A stretch of DNA of 64,000 nucleotides, from NCBI GenBank assembly GCA_951406725.2, contig OX597816.1, positions 179,614,001 to 179,678,000 on the forward strand, written 5' to 3'. Positions 1 to 11,147 of this stretch are shown here, in pieces. The stretch comes from Octopus vulgaris (Eukaryota). The translations under genes and the position numbers were made by a program. Each line of letters opens with the position of its first letter. The stretch's first letter is position 1. Under the pieces are notes generated by a model that saw only the letters and a list, made by a program, of their open reading frames with translations, had not been told where the DNA came from and searched no databases.

Positions 1-1160
1 CTTGGAGAGAAGCAACGTTGTTACAAATGTCTTACTTGTGCTACCAGGAGCATCAAGGAAGATAATTCCTCCGCTTTTGCTCTGACTGATGAAATAACTT
101 TATCATATGCACAACGTTGTTCTGGAAGAAGTTTAGGTTCATGTTCATTCACAAATGCAGCCAACTCTGTGATGTCATAATTTTCTCTCTTGCTATATTT
201 CTTGAAGTTAAATCACAAATTTTATTTTTGGCATTCCAGAGCCAGAGCCTTGCAAAATTTTGCCTCTCATGGCCAAAACTCGATCTTCAATTTCAGTCAG
301 TGCTTGGTCAAAAATTGATTCAGAGAACTGAATTTTGATATCTGGGTTTGCCTGTTGAACTGCATACTTTAAGTCCTCAGCCATGTCCTCACCATGTTTC
401 AGCCAAATGTGTAGGGGGCTGCCAAGTTGACACATGTTCAATAAAAAGGTTACGGAGTTTCCTTGGAGAATCTGATACTGATGCTTCAGTCAATGCAAGG
501 TCCCAATGCACATGATTTTTTTAAAAAAACCTTCTTGATAGCATGCTTCCCTATACGTTTCACACACATGACCATTTACACTCCTCGAATCTTGGAATGA
601 TTTGAGACCCCGTATCTCATGCCAAAGGAACCGAAAGTAGTAGCATTCTGCTTCGCTTGAGTGGACACTGTAAACGCTTGCAAGAGCGTCAGCCTCACCT
701 TTCCTCTTGTGCCATTTATTCTTTCTCCAGGTGTAATACTTGGGCAATTGTGGATAAAGGAGTTTTCTTGCATCTTCATCTCTTTGACACAAATTTAAAA
801 CGGCAGCAAGGGTTGTTTCTTTTGGAGAAAGTGATTGTTGCAAGGCTGTTTGTTTTGTGAAGATAACCCTGTGGCCATTCTCTAAATGGGCACTCAGATA
901 AATGATGGCTGGGTGCCTCTCGTGAATGGGAAAACTGAAGATGCGCCAAAAAGTCTCATTGGTACTGATGTGTCTTCTCACTGTCATACTGCGCAACTTC
1001 ATTTTTATTTATCTGCTGACTGCCATTCTGCATAAGAGTGTATGTTGCAGCCTCTAAATCTTTGTTTATATATTTGCAAGCATACTTAATAGAGTTAACA
1101 GAATTGCAGGAGTTATCATTGACTCTAGCTACATGTACTCGTCTTTGCTTCACTGTAGAA
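1..1160 (-). mobile_element. Degenerate Helitron Rep/helicase (RepHel) coding fragments
   Basis: Frameshifted peptides SIKYACKYINK, WRIFSFPIHERHPAIIYLSAHLENGHRVIF, LYPQLPKYYTW, ECYYFRFLWHEIRGLKSFQD, TYREAC and ALTEIEDR match, from recall, the region between the Helitron Rep and PIF1 domains. Confidence 0.85.
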
Positions 1161-1306
1161 TATTGATAATCGACATCTTCGGAAACTTTTTTGAAAATTA
1201 AAATGGAGATTAAATGAAAAAATGAGTTACGCGAATATCTTCATAAGAGTGATTAAAATAAAATGGCGATTGTGGAACGCCGCACGCTCGCACGCACGCA
1301 CGCATA

Positions 1307-1370
<64 letters not shown>

Positions 1371-1773
1371 CAAACATCAGATGAAATGGACGTGTGTGTG
1401 TGAAAGAGAGAGAGAAATAGAGAGCGAATGAAGGGGTGTGTTGTCATGTATAGGTATGTAAATAAATATGCATACGTCTTTTTTGTACGAATGTGTGCAT
1501 GTGTGTATGCATGCGTCCGTGTGTGTGTATGTGTATGAGAGAGAGAGAGAGAGAGAGAGTGTGAGTGCCACTCAGACATCACTTTCTCTACTCACACACA
1601 TACACATCCATAAATCTATACAAACGTACATACAAAAACACGTGTGAGTGTGTGACTAACAACAAATACCCAGAGCTGAACACGGCGCGCAAAAAGTAAA
1701 TAAATAAAAACCTTTTACGGAAATTAATGAATTAATGTGCGGGTTCAAGCGAAATTCATGAACTTAGTAAATA

Positions 1774-2160
1774 CTAGCAGTATCGCCCGGCGTTGCTCAG
1801 GTTTGTAAGGGAAATAACTATAAAGCATTTTTAGAGAGTTACTTTCCTTATATGATAGCAAAAAAATGGAAAAAAAATGATGGTAAATTTTTTTGAGAGT
1901 TAAAAAAGTTGGAGTTGCGTCCCCTAGACGGTCTGTGGTTTGGGTTTCTGATTCTCGACCCCATGTCGAATTTATCGATTTTTTTCAGAACTGGGGGAAC
2001 TTTTCAAAATTTTCGCTGCGTTAGTTTTGAATTATGACATTGGGCTATGTGTGTGTCAAGTTTCATCAGAATCGGTTGAAAGCCGTGGTCAGGGTGAGGG
2101 TACGAGAAAACAGACACACAGAAACACGCACAGACAAACTGCCGTTTATATATAGAGAGA
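1774..2160 (-). mobile_element. Non-autonomous Helitron (387 bp)
   Basis: Minus strand starts TCTCTCTATATATAAACGG and ends with an imperfect GC hairpin (plus 1786-1801) followed by CTAG. It sits between host A (2161) and T (1773) with no TSD. Confidence 0.8.
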
Positions 2161-2329
2161 TTTCTTTCAGTAATTTGCAAATAGCGAATTAAAAATTGAA
2201 ATGAAAACATTAAAATTGAGGGTGGGAGGTTTTGCAAATGAAAACGGAAAATTTCGCCTTTACTAAGTCAATACCGGAAGTTGACATTGAAAAACCTTTT
2301 TAAAGAAGTGAATCGTATATACAAAGCAA

Positions 2330-2690
<361 letters not shown>

Positions 2691-2947
2691 GAGTTTTCTG
2701 AAGGCGAACACATACGAAAAATACTTATCTTTGAAACCAGTTGAATGTTGAAGATTACGGATGTAATCTTCGTCGTTTTCCTAGGACAAATATACGTTGT
2801 TAGGTATCTGCCGTTGTGGGGACAGTGTACATTTGCATTCAAAGGAAAGGTTTGCTCTACTCTTCCGCGGTGGAGGTGGGTAGCGGTGTCTTCAATGCAG
2901 CTGTCAAATGAAGGAGAGGCAAGCAGAATGGTTGCCCCAGGCGGCAT

Positions 2948-2991
2948 TCACTTTGGAAACTCCACTGCGTACTGAATACTTCTTTTCTCAT
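2948..2991 (-). CDS. Candidate terminal coding exon (DEKRSIQYAVEFPK*) of an unidentified minus-strand gene
   Basis: Acceptor gcttatag|AT. Its phase 1 matches the candidate donor AAAG|gtacga at ~3294. Non-repetitive sequence. Confidence 0.3.
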
Positions 2992-3000
2992 CTATAAGCA

Positions 3001-3087
<87 letters not shown>

Positions 3088-3293
3088 TGCTGTCCGTGAA
3101 CCGACGATAACTATCTAGAAGACAATGTTTCTGTGAACATTGTTGAATTTGCTTTGATTGATTTTTTGTACATTAAAGCCTTTTTGTAGCTGCTTCTAAT
3201 ATTCCCAAACCTCTACTTGTTTTACAATGTTTTTTCCCCCTAACATATAGATCTCCCCATAAAATACGTTTGTTTGGAACTGGCCTCTCGTAC

Positions 3294-3409
3294 CTTTCTT
3301 CTTTCCAAATGCAGTTAAATCTAGACGCCTAAATGACTGGTAAAGTGAATCCACAAATTGCAACACAATATATTTTAAGAGAATTTGCTGTGTCTTGGAA
3401 CTCACGTTG
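3294..3409 (-). CDS. Candidate coding exon (NVSSKTQQILLKYIVLQFVDSLYQSFRRLDLTAFGKKK)
   Basis: Pyrimidine-rich acceptor ...ctctctatgccattaacttctag|C, open frame, donor AAG|gtacga. Weak resemblance to BACK-domain helices. Confidence 0.3.
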
Positions 3410-3760
3410 CTAGAAGTTAATGGCATAGAGAGCAAGGCAAGTTCAAAATGTGAGAAAATGGCCTCCTTCCAAGAGGTATTATTAGCATAAATAAATTGAA
3501 ATAGTTATAATTAGGATTCGAAATCAAGTTGTTAATTCAGCTCACTAAGAACATGCCAATACTATATATTTGAAATAAACTCTATCTATATCGAAATCTT
3601 GGTATACTTTCGATTCCAAACGTAACTTTTGCATTTTGCTTAGAAATTCACAAATTACTTGCCTATGATATTTTTTTATTCACAGTGCATTTTACGGCAA
3701 ATAGTCATTTTTGAGGGCAGTTTGTCCATGAAATAACCCAAACCATCAGAGAGAGAGAGA

Positions 3761-3820
<60 letters not shown>

Positions 3821-3893
3821 ACGCATGCACACACACACAAACACACACTTACATATACACAAACATGTAAAGTGTAAAAATGTATCAAAGATA

Positions 3894-4351
3894 GGTGCAA
3901 GTGTGGCTGCGTGTTAAGAAGCCTTCTTCCCAACCACATGGTTCCAGGTTCAGTCCCACTGCGTGGCACCTTGGGCAGTGTCTTCAACTATAGCCTCGGG
4001 TTGACCAGAGATTTGTGAGTGGATGTGGTCGGCGGAAACTGTGTGTGTTTATATATGTGGGTGTGTGGTTATATATATTTACGTACACACACATATGTAT
4101 ATACACGGATACAGAAACACACACACACACACATATGTTTCTATCGTTTGCCCCCCCTGCTACTGCTTGACAACTAGTGTTGATGTGTTCACGTCCCCGT
4201 ATCATAGCGGTTGGGCAAAAGGAACCGATAGAATAAGTACCAGGCTCAATAAAAAATCAGTCCTGGGGTTGATTCATTCAACTAAAAATTCTTCAAGGCA
4301 ATGCCCCAGTATGACCGCAGTCTAATGACTGAAACATGTAAAAAGTAAAAG
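3894..4351 (+). mobile_element. OR-type tRNA-derived SINE
   Basis: tRNA-like head (tggctgcgtgtt, ggttcagtccc), internal (TG)/(CA) tract, body gatagaataagtac, tail ctgaaacatgtaaaaagtaaaag. Homologous to 9220-9608. Confidence 0.8.
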
Positions 4352-6026
4352 GGGTGTTTATATAAAAAAAATTTAATAACATAGTTTTCTAAACTAGAAG
4401 ATAGTCAAATACTTTTTTATCCACTAAGTGAGCTATAGTAATAAAGAGTTTGCATTGTGGGTAACAGACAATTTATACAGCAACTTTCTCTTTTGTCCAG
4501 TACTCTTACACTCGCCTGCCAACAAATGTACGACAGGAGGAAGGAAAAGAATTGGAAGCTCGTGTGCAAGAAGCTTCTTAATAGTGTGTGTGTGTGTATG
4601 TGTGTGTGAAACGGTGAAGTGCTGTCTGGAGCTGACAGATAATATACATAGTAGACATCAGCTGCTGTGCTGGTTGGATGATTTTCGCCTTCCTCCAATG
4701 TATATTGTGCTTTTAAACATAGTAACTCTATAAGAGATATTATCTCCAGATGAAAACCGCAGTAAATTTACTTAGAATATTGCTTCTGTTGCATAAAACG
4801 GATGTATAAATATGTATGTATGTATGTATATATGTTTGTGTGTATGTATGTATGTACGTATGTATGTATGTATGTATGTATGTATGTATGTATGTTTGTG
4901 TGTATGTATGTTTGTGTTTGTGTGTGTGTGTATCTATACGTATATGCGCATGTGTATATAAATATATGTAAGTGTAATGGACGGGGTCACCAAGTGTAGC
5001 GGACGGATGTGGTTCATATGTCGGAGTTACCAATTGCAGCGCACAGATGAAAAGTTACAAGAAATAGCGATTCTTGTTCCACTCCGGGGTCACTATATGT
5101 AGATGGTCGAAAGTAGGATGAGACAGTGTAATAACAACATCGAAGAGAGAAGAATAATATTCGCAGACTTTATTTGCTGGCAGAGGTTAGTAACAGACAT
5201 AGTAGTAATTGTAGTGACAATGACGATGTGTTGCTCGCGCGTACTTAGTGTGTATTGGAAGCTGTCTGTGGAAGCCAAGTTATGGTCTACTGACTATAGA
5301 ACTATATTTGAAGACACACAAGTACTTATGTATTACATCTATGTCATACAGTAAATAATGGTCCAAAATAATCTGGCCAAAACAAATCAACTATGACAAA
5401 CATACATCAACAGGCATATGGAATATTTACCGAAACACGTTCGCACACACCATAAAAGACACTCCAAGACATGCACTCATTGAAATAAACACAAACACCG
5501 TTTAAAGCCACGTAAGCATCAGGCAGCCACGAAACTCCTTTTACAACAGACTCCTCCTTCAGTAGTTTCCCTGTTAAACTCACAAATTAGCTTCTTTAAA
5601 AATCACTTCATGACATTTGTAAACACAATGCCATAAAAAAAAAAGCCCAAAAGAGCTGCTATAACTAAATTAACAGATAATGTTAGAATAAATAAGCAAA
5701 TTAAAAATCCTACACACCGTCTAAATAAAGAAATAACCATAGAAAAAGCAGAAAAGTAACAACCAATAAACAAATACAAAATGCAAACCAGTAAGGAAAT
5801 ACAATAATGAAACCTCACCCACACCGACGAACACAAATATATACCACGAAAACAGAGTCGCAATAGTTCTTGCCGGATGATTTTCATGGCGTGAAACTCG
5901 ACTTCCAAGATAAAAGTCTAGTTTCAATAAACCATAGGCTGTACAAAATATATTGGGCACTGACCTCTCATTTGTCCGATATAACTAAAATTCCATGTGC
6001 ACTCGCGCGTGTTTGTTTGCGTGCGT

Positions 6027-6058
<32 letters not shown>

Positions 6059-6257
6059 TTGAGTGTGTTTGAGTGTGTTTGTATGAGTGCAACAGAAATA
6101 AAAACATTTACCGTAAGTAATAATTCAATATCAATAGAGAATCAATTCAAAATCGTTTTTCATATGTATATTTGTGTATTTCCGTTATGTAAATAATTTA
6201 CTTCCTGTTTGTCACATTTGAGCAAAAGATCCATATATCATATTTCTGGTGTTGAGC

Positions 6258-6345
6258 TATTATTATTATTATTATTATTGTTGTTGTTGTTGTCGTTGTT
6301 GTTATTCTTCTTCTTCTTCTTCTTCTTCTTCTTCTTCTTCTTCTT

Positions 6346-6376
<31 letters not shown>

Positions 6377-6392
6377 TTATTATTATTATTAT
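6258..6392. repeat. Compound trinucleotide microsatellite (TAT)(TGT)(TCT)(TAT)
   Basis: Directly visible. Confidence 0.95.
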
Positions 6393-6579
6393 TATATACT
6401 GTTTTGCTTTAATATCAACATCTTTTACTTCCTTACTTTTGCCTTTACCTGAAGTGTTTATACACGCTAGGTAGCAGTAATCGATATATACAGGACTTCT
6501 GATCCAGATATTGGTAACTAGTGAAAAATTTTCATAGCCACTTGTCAAAATTTCTCATATTCTTGGTTGGCTCAGTGTC

Positions 6580-6669
<90 letters not shown>

Positions 6670-6711
6670 ACACCTGCATACATGCATTTACATGCAAACA
6701 TATATCGTTTA

Positions 6712-7075
6712 TCTTTTACTTATTTCAGTTATTGGGCTGCAACCATGCTAGGGCACTCTCTCGAAGAGTTAAGTCGAGCAAATCGATTCTATTTTATTTT
6801 TCAAAGTTTGTTATTCATTTTATTGGTCTCCTTTTGCTGAACTGCTATGGGGATGTAAACAAACCAACACCAGTTGTCAAGTAGAGGACAAACACTAACG
6901 CAAACACACAGATATATATACATACATATATACATGCTTACATACATGCATACATTCATACATACTTTTCCTCCCATCCTTTCGGAGTCGATAACATAAG
7001 TACCAGTGAAGCACTAGCGTCGATGTAATCGACTTAGCCTCGAAATTGCTGGCCTTGTGCCAAGATTTGACACCA
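6712..7075. mobile_element. Diverged OR-type SINE 3' part (-) followed by an OK-type SINE fragment (+)
   Basis: Similar to 9220-9420 and to 51110-51220. Confidence 0.6.
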
Positions 7076-7529
7076 TATTTCGGAGAGATTGCTTTAAAAA
7101 ATGGTCGGCGCTCTTTTGCTTCTCCGTGAATGTTGGATGCATCCAAACAATTCCGAATAGGTTTTGGTGAAGCATCATAAAAATGCACAACCCACTCCAA
7201 CGAACAAATAAACAAACAAAATCTCCTACAAAAACCCACTAATAACAAAGAACAAATTATAGACCCTAAAATATTTTTTCTTACACTTGTTGTTTTATTT
7301 CCTGAGAAGCTTACTTATTTTCTTCAAGCTACTTAACCGATTTACTTAATTATTCTAAATGAACTATTTTTCTACTCAGTAGTGTTTCTCTTTGTTGCAT
7401 TGATTCGGGATCTCTTCTCAAAAAAAGTAAACAAATTAGAATGAAAAGAACGATTTCAAACAGAAGGCATCATAATTGTGAAGCTGAGTAAAAAGTAAGC
7501 AACGTTTTGAAACAAAATTTATCACAATA

Positions 7530-7912
7530 TATTTCAACAATGCGGAAATTTTATTCATCAAAGTAAAGACCATTACAATCAACACATTTTTGTCAAAAAG
7601 TTTGTTTATTCCGGTAACATAAAAATCTGGAGTTCTGGAGCTGATGAACTCTTTGAACGCACTTTCAGCATCGGTTTGATTTTTGAACTTCTCTCGCGGG
7701 AAATCATCAAGGTGATTGAAAAAGTGATAGTCGGTAGGAGAAAGATCTAGGGAATAAACTGGGTGGGGAAAACTTCATAGCCAAGTTCCCTCAACATCTG
7801 GAGCGTCATTAGTGAAACGTGTGGTCGAGCATTGTCATGAAGAATGATTGACCCTCTTCCGTTGACCAGTATGGGACGGAGGATTAGCAGTTTTTCGTTC
7901 ATTTTGGCAATT
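7530..7912 (-). mobile_element. Mariner transposase C-terminal remnant
   Basis: Minus strand reads GSIILHDNARPHVS...YSLDLSPTDYHFFNHLDD...KNQTDAESAFKEF, the mariner DD34D region, with frameshifts. Confidence 0.8.
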
Positions 7913-8662
7913 TCATGATAATATTATTCTACAGTAAATACAACACATACAGACAATACACAACGAAACATAACTTTGGGGAATCGGGGAACTAAAATTA
8001 TAAAATAGAAATTTGAGAAAAGAAGTAAAACCAAAAGAAACGAATGAATTATGAAAAGATGATGAAATGAGGCGAAATGCCCACTCGAACCCCGAAGTCG
8101 AGTGCTTACATTTAGACGGTCTTTCTCTTCTTTTTTTCTCATTCTTTTTTAAGAACACATTTTTCTCGAGTAAAGTTCACGACTTTTTTCCTTTTTTTCC
8201 AAAAATGTTCATAATTAATTACATTTTTCCTGTAATTCTCGATCCTTTTATAATCCACAACCGGCGACCTTCCATTAAAGTACACCGGCCCGTGAAACCT
8301 TATGATAAATTCAGTGCAATATTTCCATAGGTTGTCGCTCATTTCCTCATTCACCAATACACACCTTTCTTCTTCTCCGAATCTCCCCTTAGGTAGTTTC
8401 ACTCTAATTAAATTCTTCCACTTACATATTGCCTTCTCTACCTCTATTGATTTCATATTTAAAAAATGATGATCCCTTTATGCTCGCTGGAGTTCGCATC
8501 TTCTGGTCTCCACTCTGGATTCTTTTCCACTCCGTATATAAGTTCAGGCGCCTCTTCGTCTTTTTTGTCCAGCCTTCCCTGCTTCTGCTGTCGATGGATT
8601 TAAATGTTTAGAACAGTCCAGATGAAATGTTTATAGAGTGTTATAGTATCATATATGAAGCA

Positions 8663-8748
8663 ATTCAACGGCCGTTTCTGGAGTTCGTTAGTCAACAAGT
8701 GTATGAATCCTTTAGTTCCACAGTGACAATGTCACCTTCATCAGGAAT
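8663..8748 (-). ncRNA. Type I hammerhead-like motif with long stem II insertion (probably PLE-derived)
   Basis: Minus strand: attc-CUGAUGA-agg..(about 55 nt)..cca-GAAA-c ggcc g-UU-gaat. Stem I attc/gaat, palindromic stem III ACGGCCGU. Confidence 0.55.
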
Positions 8749-9184
8749 AAAGTAGATAGATAATTAAGTTTGAAGAAATGGAAGAGAAAAGAACATTTTA
8801 AGTTACATTATGATAGTGTAGCCGACGACTAACATAATGTCATGGCAAAAGAGAATGGAGAAAGAGGTCTAAAACAGAAAGTGAAAGTAGTTTGAAGAAA
8901 GTGGGAATGCCTTGTCGGAAGGAAGAGAGGCAGGAGATAGACTTAGAGAGATGATAAAAGAAAAGGAAGGAAAGGGAAAGTGAGGAACTAGATAAAGCCG
9001 GTGGTAGGACAAAGAGAGAGAGAGAGAGAGAGTGGGAGGGAAGGAGGGAGAGAAAGAGAGAAAGAGAGAGAGAGCGAGAGAGAAAAATATATATATATAA
9101 ATAAATGAAAGAATGGAGTCGAACGAAGATGTTAACGAATTTTCCATACTGACGATAAACATAGGATAATTCATTCACCTATTG

Positions 9185-9219
<35 letters not shown>

Positions 9220-9220
<1 letters not shown>

Positions 9221-9606
9221 TCTTTTACTCTTTTACTTGTTTCAGTCATTTGACTGCGGCCATGCTGGAGCACCGCTTGTAGTCGAGCAAATCGACCCCG
9301 GGATTTATTCTTTGTAAGCCCAGTACTTATTCTATCGGTCTCTTTTGCCGAATCGCTAAGTGACGGGGACGTAAACACACCAGCATCGGTTGTCAAGCAA
9401 TGCTAGGGGGACAAACACAGACACACATACATATATACATATATACGACAGGCTTCTTTCAGTTTCCGTCTACCAAATCCACTCACAAGGCATTGGTCGG
9501 CCCGGGGATATAGCAGAAGACACTTGCCCAAGATGCCACGCAGTGGGACTGAACCCGGAACCATGTGGTTGGTTAGCAAGCTACTTACCACACAGCCACT
9601 CCTGCG

Positions 9607-9608
<2 letters not shown>
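9220..9608 (-). mobile_element. Full-length OR-type tRNA-derived SINE inside a (TA)n tract
   Basis: Head GGCGCAGGAGTGGCTGTGTGG (A box) and GGTTCAGTCC (B box), tail (AGTAAAAG)2, (TA)n on both sides. Confidence 0.9.
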
Positions 9609-9694
<86 letters not shown>

Positions 9695-10417
9695 AAGAGA
9701 ACGAGAAAGAGAGAGAAAGAGGGAGAGAGAACGAGAGAGAGAGAACCAGGTAGATAGAGATGGAAAGAGAGAGAGAGAGGGAGAGAGAAAGAGCAAGTGA
9801 GAGAGAGAGGGAGAGAGATAGATGGATAGATAGAGGGGGGGGGTCGTGATCGTAGGTTAGAAAACAAAAGTGGAGAAAGACAATTACGTTGTGTTACAAA
9901 TAATGCTGCAAAAGTTAGTACAGACAATATTTACAAGAAGAAGAAGAAGGAGAAAAAAACAAAGAAAAAAAGCAGCACAGATTGTTGAAAATTGAGACGG
10001 AAGTATTTTTGTTTTCGGTCGAGGATCAAATTCTTCCCTTCAGGAGTTTCCAAAATAATATTTTGAAGCAGAATTCAAAAAGTTGATATTAATGACTGAG
10101 AGAAGAAGCCATTAATTTCAATAAACTCTTTCGATTGGTTTGCCATAGGGTATTATGTTTGATTGATCAGGTGTGATGTGGAGCTAAATAACAAGACCAG
10201 CAGAACCTCAAATTCTGCTGTCTTTCTCCTCTCATAATGCCCACTAATGTTTTTATGTTCATAAATTTTATTGGCCAACTTTTCCATTGTTCCTGAGCGT
10301 TAAACTAATACACCTGCTTCTCTTGTGTTTAAATGTACACTATTTTATATTGAATAATATGTCTATTGACTTTTTATACATGCTAGGCCACTGGTAGTGA
10401 AATTTGTATAAATTTGC

Positions 10418-10485
<68 letters not shown>

Positions 10486-10487
<2 letters not shown>

Positions 10488-11018
10488 CGGGAAGCTTTAT
10501 GAAAATAAACAAAAGACGAAGGCAGGTGGAAAACAAACGAACAATTGTATTAGTATGGCGCTCAGGAAATATAAATAAAACAAGTCTTTAACGTTTCGAG
10601 CCTACGCTCTTCAACAGAAAGATACACAGAGAGAGAAAAACACAGAAAGAAGAGAGAAAAAAATGCGTGCAGTAGCTAACGAATCAACATGGCGATCTGA
10701 TTTCGGCCAGAGGTCAAAGATCAAACATGAGACGCGAGAGTGAAATAAGGGGAGATAATAGGGTTGATAAACGGGTTGAGGGACCAGCTAAAAGTGCGTG
10801 GGAGGGGTCTGGATGTGTGTATGTATAGGGTTGGTGTATGTATTAGTATGTATAAGGGTGTGTGTGTGTGTGTGTGTATGAGAGAGTATTAGTGCATAGG
10901 ATTGGTCTGGACGTGCGTATGTATGGGGTTGGTGTATGTATTAGTATGTATTAGTATGTATTAGTACGTATTAGTATGTATAGGTGTGTGTGTGAGAGAG
11001 TATAAGTGCGTATGCGGG
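10486..11018 (-). repeat. 3' pseudo-LTR of the PLE
   Basis: Direct repeat of 14958-15498 with few differences. Contains ~100-bp subrepeats and (tattagtatg)n. Confidence 0.9.
10585..10622 (-). ncRNA. Minimal type I hammerhead variant in the 3' pLTR
   Basis: ucuuu-CUGUUGA-A-GAGC guag GCUC-GAAA-CG-UU-aaaga. Stem I and stem II pair; A6 is replaced by U. Confidence 0.65.
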
Positions 11019-11147
11019 GTCTGGACGTGTGTATGTATAGGGTTGGTGTAAGTATTAGTATGTACTAGTATGTATTAGTACGTATTAGTATATATTAGTT
11101 GGTGTGTGTATTAGTATGGCACATCATATGTGATGTGATGTGTAAAG

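Noticed and set aside
4485-4581. Plus-strand acceptor and short frame YSYTRLPTNVRQEEGKELEARVQEAS*
   Set aside because: Too short, with no partner exon or recognisable homology.
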